This document shows, piece after piece, positions 1 to 8,267 of a stretch of DNA of 64,000 nucleotides (the first letter of the stretch is position 1; every line of letters begins with the position of its first letter). The notes below the pieces were generated by a model. It had not been told where the DNA came from. It did not search any database and saw only the letters and a list, made by a program, of their open reading frames with translations. Position numbers and translations under genes: made by a program. Origin of the DNA: Pseudomonadales bacterium (GTDB taxonomy: Bacteria; Pseudomonadota; Gammaproteobacteria; Pseudomonadales; UBA7434); NCBI GenBank assembly GCA_965216795.1, contig OZ244196.1:1409044-1473043 (forward strand). Direction: 5' to 3'.

Positions 1-769
1 GCAGCTGGGTTTCCTCAGAACCGGTGAGCGATACCCGAATGTTGGATTGTTCACCCTTGGCACCGGCCGACATCGTCTCGACAAACACCCTGAGCGGCCG
101 GGTCAGCGTCAGGCTAAGGCGATTGAGCGCGCCCACCAGCAGCAGTGCTACCGTCAGCAGGACAAAGATATTCCCCGCGATAATATTGTCGCGAGCGGCA
201 AACAACGGCTCTTTTGAAATCAGTACCCGTACCGAACCAATACGCTGCCGCTCAACCTGTTGCGCATCAATATCATCAAGACCGGGTTCGGTGTTCTCGG
301 CATAAACCGCGGCGACAAACTGCCAGTGCTGGCCGCTGTCCCGCTCAAGGCTGGCCGCAATGTCGTCTTCCTCCTGCAGCTGGGGAGGTGACTCCCAGCC
401 CATCGACCGACCACTTTGCGCAAGCGGGTTACCATCGAGCTCGTACACCGCCGCCTGCACGACGCTGGGAAAGGTGCTGGCAACGGCAATCGCCTGGCTG
501 GCCCCTTCAGGGCTGCCCAACAGCACCGGCAAAGCGCTTTCCACGGCCAGTACTCCGGTAACATTCTTGCCGTTCTGGATAAAATTTTGCGTCATCGACT
601 GGCTGATGATGATCGTCGTACCGACCGATACCGCCACCACCATTGCAAACATGCCGAGCGCAAGAATCAGGGTCAGCTGCGAACCCAGCCGCCATTGCGC
701 AATATGCGTGCGCAGGCTTTGCCACAGGCCCGGCCGCGAACCGGGTTTAGTCGATGCTCGATCGGCCAT
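1..769 (-). CDS. Membrane sensor protein, N-terminal part (TM, extracytoplasmic segment, TM, HAMP-like linker). The 3' end runs off the window start.
   Basis: Not in the ORF track because it has no stop inside the window. My own reverse translation from the ATG at complement 767-769 is open all the way to position 2. It reads MADRASTKPGSRPGLWQSLRTHIAQWRLGSQLTLILALGMFAMVVAVSVG..., then a second hydrophobic span NIFVLLTVALLLVGAL, then LTRPLRVFVETM (HAMP-like). The output domain (kinase or GGDEF) is not visible. Confidence 0.5.
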   Translation of the reverse strand, partial: MADRASTKPGSRPGLWQSLRTHIAQWRLGSQLTLILALGMFAMVVAVSVGTTIIISQSMTQNFIQNGKNVTGVLAVESALPVLLGSPEGASQAIAVASTFPSVVQAAVYELDGNPLAQSGRSMGWESPPQLQEEDDIAASLERDSGQHWQFVAAVYAENTEPGLDDIDAQQVERQRIGSVRVLISKEPLFAARDNIIAGNIFVLLTVALLLVGALNRLSLTLTRPLRVFVETMSAGAKGEQSNIRVSLTGSEETQL

Positions 770-792
770 AATCAGGCGGAACCGGCTGCCGC

Positions 793-1584
793 TTAGTTGT
801 CGCCGTCGAGCAGTCGTCCCACACCACCGAGCAGGGACCCTTCACCGCGATCCCGCCCGCCGATACTGGGCGCACTGGCAATCACGCGATCGGCCAGCCG
901 AGAGAACGGCAGGCTCTGCATCCATACCGTGCCCGTGCCCGATAACGTGGCCAGGCAAACGCCCTCGCCACCGAAAAACATACTCTTGAGGCCGCCGGCC
1001 AGTTGCACGTCATAGTCTATGCCGCTGGTAAACCCGACCACGCAACCGGTGTCGAGCCGAAGTACCTCGCCTTTGAGCTCGCGTCGTATCACCGTGCCTC
1101 CTGCATGCAGGAAAGCCAGGCCATCGCCGCGCAGGCGCTGCAGGATAAAACCCTCGCCACCAAAAAAACCGACACCAATGCGCTTGTTAAACGCGATACC
1201 AATTTCCGTACCCAGGGCAGCGGCCAGGAAGGAATCCTTCTGGCAAAGCACCTCTTCACCCACCTCGGCGAGGTTGATGGGCACGATGGCACCTGGAAAC
1301 GGCGCTGAGAAAGCAACCCGCTGCTTGCCACCACCGCGGTTGGTGAATCGCGTCATGAAAAGTGACTCACCGGTGACAAGTCGCTTGCCAACCCCGAGCA
1401 GTTTTCCGAGCATGCCGGAGGAGGCTTCTGAACCATCCCCCATGCGCGCTTCAAACTCGATACCCTGCTCCATGTAGTTCATCGCACCCGCCTCGGCAAC
1501 GACCGCCTCTTCTGGGTCCAGTTCGATTTCTACCAGCTGCATATCATGGCCGATAATTTCATAGTCGACTTCGTGGCAGCGCAT
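793..1584 (-). CDS. TIGR00266 / AIM24 (DUF124) family protein
   Basis: 263-aa ORF. Gly-rich repeats ([24 protein letters not shown]) and overall length match the AIM24/TIGR00266 family as I remember it. Confidence 0.75.
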   Translation of the reverse strand: MRCHEVDYEIIGHDMQLVEIELDPEEAVVAEAGAMNYMEQGIEFEARMGDGSEASSGMLGKLLGVGKRLVTGESLFMTRFTNRGGGKQRVAFSAPFPGAIVPINLAEVGEEVLCQKDSFLAAALGTEIGIAFNKRIGVGFFGGEGFILQRLRGDGLAFLHAGGTVIRRELKGEVLRLDTGCVVGFTSGIDYDVQLAGGLKSMFFGGEGVCLATLSGTGTVWMQSLPFSRLADRVIASAPSIGGRDRGEGSLLGGVGRLLDGDN

Positions 1585-1669
1585 AGTGTCACCTCATTGT
1601 GCTGTTTACAGGTTGAAGGTCGTAGAGAAATAATGTGCTTGCCAGGCGGGCGCGGCGGTTAATACAGAG

Positions 1670-1942
1670 CTAGCTGACGAACTCGAGGCCAATGCCATCG
1701 TCTTGCTCGTGAACAATACGCATGGGCACTGCGTTTTCATTCAGCGCACCCGTGTAGCGCTTGATAATCACCTGCACGATCGTACCGCAAGGTGGCAGGG
1801 CTGACACGCCTTTTTTGGCAAAAAAACCGCCCACCGATGCGTCCCGCGCCTGCAGCTGCATCTCGCCAAAGGCCGGATGGCGCAGCAGCAGCGTGGCACG
1901 CGATGCCGTCCTAGGGTAGCGCCTGCGCTCTTTGGGGCTCAT
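1670..1942 (-). CDS. PilZ domain protein (single-domain c-di-GMP receptor candidate)
   Basis: 90 aa. N-terminal RRRYPR (RxxxR) and DASVGG (DxSxxG), the two PilZ c-di-GMP-binding motifs at the usual spacing. Confidence 0.75.
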   Translation of the reverse strand: MSPKERRRYPRTASRATLLLRHPAFGEMQLQARDASVGGFFAKKGVSALPPCGTIVQVIIKRYTGALNENAVPMRIVHEQDDGIGLEFVS

Positions 1943-2735
1943 CGAGAGGCGTCAGCTGGCCGGGGATGGAAGGCTTGATGTCGAGCCAGTCGAAACCCGT
2001 GTCCTGCTCGGCCAGCACAATACGGTCGGGGTTGGGCCAGGCGCCGGCCATCGCTTCAAGCGCCAACTGCGGGGTATTGTTTTGCTGGCTGATGTGCGCA
2101 ATGACCAGCCACTGCAAGCGCTCGCAATCGCACTGCGCCAGCAGTTGTCCAGCCTGCCGGTTACTCAAGTGCCCCCAGTCGCCCAGCACCCGGCGCTTGA
2201 GTGACGCCGGATAGGGCCCGTCGCGCAGCATTTGCTCATCGTGATTACTTTCGAGCACCAGGGCATCGCAGGCATTGAAGGCATCAATCACATGCGGTGT
2301 ATAACTGCCAAGGTCGGTCAGCACGCCCAGCCGCACACCCGTGGCTGCATCACCGAACACGAACTGGCAGGGCTCGCGGGCATCGTGCGGCACCGCCACT
2401 GGCTCGACACAGAGCTCACCCAACTGCACCGGGGCAAAGTTCTCGAGCAGCCGCACTTGCGGCAACGCCAGGCAATCTGCGGCCATGGCCGTGCCGTAGG
2501 TCATGTAGGCAGGCATATCGCGCTTGCGCAGCAGCGTCTTGAGGCCCTTGATATGGTCGCTGTGCTCGTGGGTAATGAACACCGCGTCAAGCTCCGTGAG
2601 CGTCAATGCCAGGCGATCGAGCCCAGCATTGAGCTGTTTCAGGTTGATGCCGCAATCGAGCAGCACGCGGCTGCCACCGGCCTCAACGACCATTGCATTT
2701 CCGCGGCTACCACTACCAATCGACGCAACCCTCAT
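1911..2735 (-). CDS. MBL-fold metallo-hydrolase
   Basis: HEHSDH zinc motif. I trimmed the start to MRVASIGSGSRGNAMVVEAGG, the typical MBL N-terminus; the track ORF extends to 2804. The 3' end overlaps the PilZ start by 32 nt. Confidence 0.85.
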   Translation of the reverse strand: MRVASIGSGSRGNAMVVEAGGSRVLLDCGINLKQLNAGLDRLALTLTELDAVFITHEHSDHIKGLKTLLRKRDMPAYMTYGTAMAADCLALPQVRLLENFAPVQLGELCVEPVAVPHDAREPCQFVFGDAATGVRLGVLTDLGSYTPHVIDAFNACDALVLESNHDEQMLRDGPYPASLKRRVLGDWGHLSNRQAGQLLAQCDCERLQWLVIAHISQQNNTPQLALEAMAGAWPNPDRIVLAEQDTGFDWLDIKPSIPGQLTPLDEPQRAQALP

Positions 2736-2757
2736 CGTGGACGCCAGTTCACCTCTG

Positions 2758-3825
2758 TCAGGATAATTTATTCTGGATCCGGCGCAGCATGAAAGCCTGC
2801 TCATTGGGTTTGAGCGCGGGCGCCTGCTCCCGGCGAATCGTTATTCTCAGGGCTTCGCCATCGTGATCGGCCAGCACACGCATGGCATCTGCGGCCGGTA
2901 GCGCAGGCTCTTTATCATTGCCGGCACCAAACAGGCGCGCAAAAAAACCGGGCTTTTTGGCAGGCTTGCGATTGGGGTTGTAGTGGACAAAATAGGTGCC
3001 CGCACTGCGATCGAGGTCATTGACCTGGTACGAGGCCTTTTCAAGCGCAAGGCCCAACGACGCCCAACCCCGATCGAACGGCAACTGCAAACGCAGGAAG
3101 GGCTTGCCCGCGTCATCATATTCAAGGCTGACCTTGCTCGCTGAGCCAATGCCCTGCGCCAGCAGTGAATGGGAGGCATTCCCCGGCGAGTTCGCCAGGT
3201 GTTCAGCCAGCAGCGTGACCATATTGGTTTCACGCTCTGTACTCGCGCCGGGCGGGGCATCGCCAGCAGCCTGGAACTGGTGGTCGACAATAATCTCGGT
3301 GGTATTCGCCTGCACGCCGGGCCGCAACATAAACTGGTAGCGCTCGAGCTGGCTGCCTTTGTCCTCGCCCTGTGCCACGCCAGCGGCAAAACGCAGCCAG
3401 TCGGTCTCTATCGTGCCGGCCTGGCCATCACTGCTGGTCAGCGCCACTTCATTGCTGGCCAGGAATTGCCGCACCAGCGGCCAGATTTGCCCCGGCGCTG
3501 CGTTCACAAGGATCCATTGCTGATCGTTGAACCGCTGGATCCTGACACTCCCTTTATTCTCGACCGTATCGAGCGGATCGACGCGGGGCACGGTGAATTT
3601 GTCGGGCAACTGCTGCGCAACCTCGAGCTCCGGCACCGGGTAGTCATCATTGAGTACGACCTCGGACAAACCCTCGGGCAGTTCGAGCGGCGCGGAGACT
3701 TCGGTTTCCAGGTAGTCGTCTGAACGATCGGGGAATACGCCATCGGCGCCAAACAACCAGCTACATGCTGCCAACTGCAGCAAGCAGGCCATCAACAGGC
3801 AGCGTTTAGCAAATGCGATGAACAT
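2758..3825 (-). CDS. bamC: Outer membrane protein assembly factor BamC (NlpB) lipoprotein
   Basis: Lipobox LLQLAAC near the N-terminus, about 350 aa, and located immediately downstream of dapA (conserved dapA-bamC synteny). Architecture is similar to E. coli NlpB. Confidence 0.75.
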   Translation of the reverse strand: MFIAFAKRCLLMACLLQLAACSWLFGADGVFPDRSDDYLETEVSAPLELPEGLSEVVLNDDYPVPELEVAQQLPDKFTVPRVDPLDTVENKGSVRIQRFNDQQWILVNAAPGQIWPLVRQFLASNEVALTSSDGQAGTIETDWLRFAAGVAQGEDKGSQLERYQFMLRPGVQANTTEIIVDHQFQAAGDAPPGASTERETNMVTLLAEHLANSPGNASHSLLAQGIGSASKVSLEYDDAGKPFLRLQLPFDRGWASLGLALEKASYQVNDLDRSAGTYFVHYNPNRKPAKKPGFFARLFGAGNDKEPALPAADAMRVLADHDGEALRITIRREQAPALKPNEQAFMLRRIQNKLS

Positions 3826-4730
3826 CAGGCGGGCACATCAACAGCGATACCACAATCGCGCATCGCCCCCAGTAAAGCGTCATGATGGGCACCGTCCAGC
3901 GGTGTCAGCGGCAGCCGCAGGCCCGCGCCGATCCGGCCCATTTGCAGCAGCGCCCACTTGACCGGAATCGGGTTCGACTCGAGGAAGAGCTTTTCATGGA
4001 GCGAGGCCAGCGCCGCATTTTGCGCGCGCACCTGCTCCTGCCCGCTCGCCGACTTGGCCGCAGCGATAGCCGCGGCGCAAAGACTGGCCATCTCGGCGGG
4101 CACGACATTGGCCGTCACCGAAATATTGCCCTGCCCTCCCATCAGCATCAGCTCCACCGCGGTCTCATCGTCACCCGAGTAGACCGCCAGCTTGTCTCCG
4201 CAGCGGTCGAGCAGCTCTCGGCCGCGTTGCAAATCGCCCGTCGCATCCTTGATACCGATAATATTGGGAATATCGGCCAACCTGCAGGTGGTGGCAACAC
4301 TCATGTCAACCGCCGTTCGCCCGGGCACGTTATAGAGAATATTCGGCAGGTCTACCGCCTCGGCAATGGCGCGGTGATGTTGGTAGAGCCCCTCCTGGGT
4401 CGGCTTATTGTAGTAAGGAGTGACCTGCAGGCAGGCATCGGCTCCCTCCTGCAGCGCAACGCGAGTCAGCTCAATGGCTTCGTCTGTGGCGTTGGCACCG
4501 GTACCGGCTATGACCGGAATACGCCCCGCGGCCACCTTGACGGTGCGCGCGATCACGGCGCAGTGCTCATCGACATTCAGCGTTGCCGACTCACCGGTGG
4601 TACCCACGGCCACCACGGCAGCTGTGCCCGAGGCCACGTGCCACTCGACCAGCTGGTCGAGCACCTCAAAATCGATCGAGCCGTCGGTTCGCATGGGGGT
4701 TACCAGCGCGACGATGCTTCCGGTTATCAT
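3825..4730 (-). CDS. dapA: 4-hydroxy-tetrahydrodipicolinate synthase
   Basis: Start trimmed to MITGSIVALVTPM. Canonical DapA N-terminus and GTTGES motif; length about 301 aa. Confidence 0.95.
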   Translation of the reverse strand: MITGSIVALVTPMRTDGSIDFEVLDQLVEWHVASGTAAVVAVGTTGESATLNVDEHCAVIARTVKVAAGRIPVIAGTGANATDEAIELTRVALQEGADACLQVTPYYNKPTQEGLYQHHRAIAEAVDLPNILYNVPGRTAVDMSVATTCRLADIPNIIGIKDATGDLQRGRELLDRCGDKLAVYSGDDETAVELMLMGGQGNISVTANVVPAEMASLCAAAIAAAKSASGQEQVRAQNAALASLHEKLFLESNPIPVKWALLQMGRIGAGLRLPLTPLDGAHHDALLGAMRDCGIAVDVPA

Positions 4731-4837
4731 TAGATTGAATTTTCGCTCTCTTTCCGGGTCTATCACAGGCAGCTGTGATGCGTCGCAGCCATGGTAATGG
4801 CGGCACCCCATGAGTACAAGGGCAACTGTTACGCACT

Positions 4838-5362
4838 ATGAATACTGAACCCCGCACATCGACGCGCCGCGCGCCTGCGCGCATCAGCGACTGGTTTCGG
4901 CCCCGCTTGTATTGGCTGTGGCTGGCGGTTTGCGCGGCCACACTGCCTGCGCCCGCGCTCGCGATCGAAGAGCCGCTGGTGCTGGACTTTCGCCCCGCAG
5001 ACCAGCTCTACCTGGAGCAGGGCCAGCAGCGCATCAATGACCTGACCGAGCGTTACTTTGGCAGTTCCCTGAGTCGACAGGCGGCCATCGACCTGCCCCT
5101 GCTACAGCGCCTGCTCGATGAGGGCATCGTGCAAGCCGAACACAGCGAGCAACTCCAGGCGATGGGTATTGTGATGGGGCAATTGCTGGCCCAGGATATC
5201 GACCTGCGCTGGATTCGCTATGAAGACAATTACGGGGTCAGCCGCGCACTGCAGCATCGCAGCGGCCGGGTGCTGTTCCCGATCACGATGATAGCCAGGC
5301 GCCATGAGGTCGGCGCTGCGGTGGACGTCCAGGCGCTCTACGACCGCGCGCTCGCCAACTAA
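4838..5362 (+). CDS. Hypothetical exported protein
   Basis: 174-aa ORF with a basic N-region, then the hydrophobic LYWLWLAVCAATLPAPALA (signal-peptide-like). Coding-like composition. I am not confident of any family. Confidence 0.55.
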   Translation: MNTEPRTSTRRAPARISDWFRPRLYWLWLAVCAATLPAPALAIEEPLVLDFRPADQLYLEQGQQRINDLTERYFGSSLSRQAAIDLPLLQRLLDEGIVQAEHSEQLQAMGIVMGQLLAQDIDLRWIRYEDNYGVSRALQHRSGRVLFPITMIARRHEVGAAVDVQALYDRALAN

Positions 5363-5811
5363 CCTGCCGACCCGCGCCTGGCCTTGCGCCTGGCTGATCG
5401 CGCATCGCGCCCACCCGCTGGCAGGTGATTGGCCAGCTGCGCCGTTTCGAGCTCCCGCACCAGTGCCGCTGTCTGGCGATCCAGCGTATAGCTCTCGTTG
5501 ACCAGGTCAAGCGTTTCAAGCTGGCGGTTGAAATTGGCGAACACCCTGGCCAGCACTTTGGACAGCCGCGATGCGCTGACACCCGCCTCGCGAAGCTGCG
5601 CTGCACTGACCCCCTCCACCAGGAACTGGCGCGCAACCTGCTGGTTGTCAGCCGACATGCGCAAGTCGTGAATCGCCAGCTCGAACTGCGCACTGGTCAT
5701 AATGACCTTCATTGCCTCCATCACCGGTAACATTGCCTCCAGCGATCCCTGCCGCCGCAGTTGCAGGAAATTGTGATGTAAAAATCGAATGGTATCACCC
5801 GAAAGAACCAT
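5359..5811 (-). CDS. KorA/TrfB-like helix-turn-helix transcriptional repressor (candidate)
   Basis: Start set at MVLSGD, which follows a strong GGAGGGAG Shine-Dalgarno. The core SAQFELAIHDLRMSADNQQVARQFLVEGVSAAQLREAGVSASRLSKVLARVFANF parallels RK2 KorA SQFQEAIQGLEVGQQTIEIARGVLVDGKPQATFATSLGLTRGAVSQAVHRVWAAF (recalled from memory). Confidence 0.5.
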   Translation of the reverse strand: MVLSGDTIRFLHHNFLQLRRQGSLEAMLPVMEAMKVIMTSAQFELAIHDLRMSADNQQVARQFLVEGVSAAQLREAGVSASRLSKVLARVFANFNRQLETLDLVNESYTLDRQTAALVRELETAQLANHLPAGGRDARSARRKARRGSAG

Positions 5812-6107
5812 GTTTCTCCCTCCCCTGTGCGAATTGCACCGGACACAACCAGGCCCTTCCTGGGCGCACATGACGAACGCCATTCAGGGCATTGCCAGCA
5901 GCGGCATGCAGGCAATGCGCGGAATGGACGCCAGATTCTATTATATTATTTAAATAGGCGCGTCCGTGGAAACGGTTTTCCAGGACATAATGAAGGGTCG
6001 CTGCGCAGTGCGGTGACGCCGCCCCCCTGCATCTGCGCAGCGCGGCTACGCGCAGCCCGGTTAATGGTATTATTTTATATTTCCAGGCGCAGTGGCCGGC
6101 TGCGCCG

Positions 6108-6566
6108 CTACTCGGGAAAGTAACGGCTAATTGTGTCTATCACGCAGGCGGGTCGCTCGCTGCCCTCGATTTCCACTGACACCCTCACGACCGACTGGAT
6201 GGCGCCCTTGATTTCTTCGACGCTGACGATCTCTCCGGTCCCGCGCAAGCGCGAGCCAACCGGGACAGGCGCCGGAAATCGCGTTTTGTCACTGCCGACG
6301 TTGACGGCATGGGTAAACCCCTGCACATCGATCATTTGTGGCAGGAATAGATTCACCAGCGACAGGCTGAGGTAACCGTGCGCAATACAGGCACCGAATG
6401 GCCCGTCCTTGGCGCGCTCCGGATCGACGTGGATCCATTGATGGTCGCCCGTCGCATCGGCAAACAGGTTGATGCGATCCTGGGTGATCTCTAGCCATTC
6501 GCTGGCTTCCAGCTGGGTACCCACTGCATCCAGCAGTGCCATCGGCGTTGAAAAAACAGTTGCCAT
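6108..6566 (-). CDS. MaoC-like (R)-hydratase / hot-dog fold dehydratase
   Basis: 152 aa. FADATGDHQWIHVDPERA and CIAHGYL are typical MaoC dehydratase motifs. Confidence 0.85.
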   Translation of the reverse strand: MATVFSTPMALLDAVGTQLEASEWLEITQDRINLFADATGDHQWIHVDPERAKDGPFGACIAHGYLSLSLVNLFLPQMIDVQGFTHAVNVGSDKTRFPAPVPVGSRLRGTGEIVSVEEIKGAIQSVVRVSVEIEGSERPACVIDTISRYFPE

Positions 6567-6923
6567 TGGGGCTTAACCTCTCGTGAAAACGTGTCGGGTT
6601 GGCAATTCTATAGAAAATCACGGCACGCCGGTGATCCCAAACGGTGCCATCTGCGTAATTAACGGTCTTCTGTCTGTTTGGCAGGCAGGGCCGTAACACT
6701 TTGTTGCAAAGCGTATAAGCTTGTAAACATTGTATAACGAGTAACCAAACGGTAATTGCGGCACTAACGCAAATTGCTATGCTTAAAGCATTGAAATCGC
6801 GTATTGCAGCCCCAACTTTCCGGCGACATCGAGGCGACATGGACACCTCGACGAGCGGCTCACCTCGGCCAGGCAAACAGCCGTAGCCACCGATCCAGCA
6901 ACCCCAACAAGCGCCCATACCTG

Positions 6924-8267
6924 ATGCCCAGCCAGCGTTCCAGTTTTCTCTCAATCGTCCGCCCGGTGGCCATTTTGCTGGTGGCTGTCGCGGCTGCAAC
7001 GCTGCTGTACCTGAACAAGCCAGAACCGGAGCAACAGCTTTTCGAGCCAGCACCGATGCTGGTCGACGTGCTTGAGGTCTACAGTGAAGCGCTGCGCCTT
7101 GAGGTGCAGTCGCAGGGCACGGTTGAGCCTCGCACCGAAACGCAGCTCTCCTCGGAAGTGCGCGGCAAGGTCATCGAGGTGGCCGACAACTTCGTGGCTG
7201 GCGGCCAGGTCAGCCAGGGCGATGTGTTGATGCGCATCGATGACCTGGAGTATCGCACTGCGGTGCAGAAAGCCAGGGCCAGCCTCGCCAGCGCCAGAAC
7301 CCATCTCGCCCAGGAACGCGGGCGTGCAGAGGTCGCACTGAAAGAGTGGCGATCGCGCAGCAGCAATGCCAACCGCAGCGGCGAGGCCAAGGCGCTTGCC
7401 CTGCGCAAGCCCCAGATTGCAGAAGCCCAGGCCAATCTCGAAGCGGCTCAGGCAGAGTTGGCCCAGGCTGAAGAAAACCTGCGTCGCACTGCGATTACTG
7501 CCCCCTATGACGGCATGGTGACGGCGCGATCCGTCGACCTGGGCCAGCACGTGCAAATAGGCCAGGCGCTGGGCGTATGTTTTGCTACCGATGTCGCCGA
7601 GGTGCGACTCCCTGTGCCCGAGCACAAAATCGGTCTGCTGGATCTCGGCGCGAACAGCAACACACCGATCCAGCTGGCACTGACATTGAATGGCGCTACC
7701 GAGTACTACCCCGCCACGCTGGCACGTGTTGAAAACGTGCTCGACCAACGCAGTCGGGTACTGTATGTCGTCGCCGAGGTCATCGACCCCTACGGCCTTA
7801 GTGAAGCAGGCGAAAGCCAGTCACGTCGCGCGGCACCACTGCGCGTAGGCAGCTTTGTAGAAGCCACCATCGCCGGACAGCAGCGCAGCGGTTTGATCCG
7901 CATTCCCAACAATGTGGTGCAAACCGACGGCACCGTCTGGCTCATCGACGAGGCAGGGACTATTAATCCGCGCGCGGTGAACATCATTAACAGCGATCGC
8001 GCCTTCAGCTACGTGGCCGACGGCATCGACGACGGTGATCGCATCGCGATGGGCTATATCGACAACAGCGTGCCCGGCAGTGTTGCGACGATCGCTTCAT
8101 TGACGCGCTTGCCTCCACTGGGTGACCCGCTGTCTGAATCGACCAGCATCGCCAAGCAAAATCGTCCCGCTATCGCACCGGCCGATGCTGCCGAGGCCGA
8201 GGATTCGCCGATAGATCCGGCACCCGTGCAGGATGACCTGGTCGATGATGCCACCCGGGGTATCTAG
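6924..8267 (+). CDS. Efflux RND transporter periplasmic adaptor (membrane fusion protein)
   Basis: Start trimmed to MPSQRSSFLSIVRPVAILLVAV (TM anchor). Coiled-coil hairpin region (AQANLEAAQAELAQAEENLRRT) and ITAPYDGMV lipoyl-like motif. Directly abuts the RND pump. Confidence 0.85.
   Translation: MPSQRSSFLSIVRPVAILLVAVAAATLLYLNKPEPEQQLFEPAPMLVDVLEVYSEALRLEVQSQGTVEPRTETQLSSEVRGKVIEVADNFVAGGQVSQGDVLMRIDDLEYRTAVQKARASLASARTHLAQERGRAEVALKEWRSRSSNANRSGEAKALALRKPQIAEAQANLEAAQAELAQAEENLRRTAITAPYDGMVTARSVDLGQHVQIGQALGVCFATDVAEVRLPVPEHKIGLLDLGANSNTPIQLALTLNGATEYYPATLARVENVLDQRSRVLYVVAEVIDPYGLSEAGESQSRRAAPLRVGSFVEATIAGQQRSGLIRIPNNVVQTDGTVWLIDEAGTINPRAVNIINSDRAFSYVADGIDDGDRIAMGYIDNSVPGSVATIASLTRLPPLGDPLSESTSIAKQNRPAIAPADAAEAEDSPIDPAPVQDDLVDDATRGI

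Noticed and set aside
220-989. Track ORFs 214-561(+), 220-564(-), 360-989(+), 416-796(+) at the window start
   Set aside because: All read as Arg/Ala/Pro-rich off-frame products. The real coding frame is the minus-strand sensor gene open from 769 to the window edge.
6779-6791. Perfect palindrome ATGCTTAAAGCAT upstream of the RND operon, considered as an operator
   Set aside because: Roughly 15 palindromes of 6+6 bp are expected by chance in a window this size, and no cognate regulator gene is adjacent.
6289-7053. Long antisense or overlapping ORFs such as 6289-7053(-), 6951-7748(-), 8466-9266(-), 10113-10877(-), 23536-24369(-), 24084-24965(-), 33160-33918(-), 35501-36271(+), 43841-44611(+), 46880-47467(+), 61454-62206(+)
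   Set aside because: These are typical shadow ORFs of high-G+C genes. They overlap well-supported genes on the other strand or frame and have junk-like composition with no motifs.
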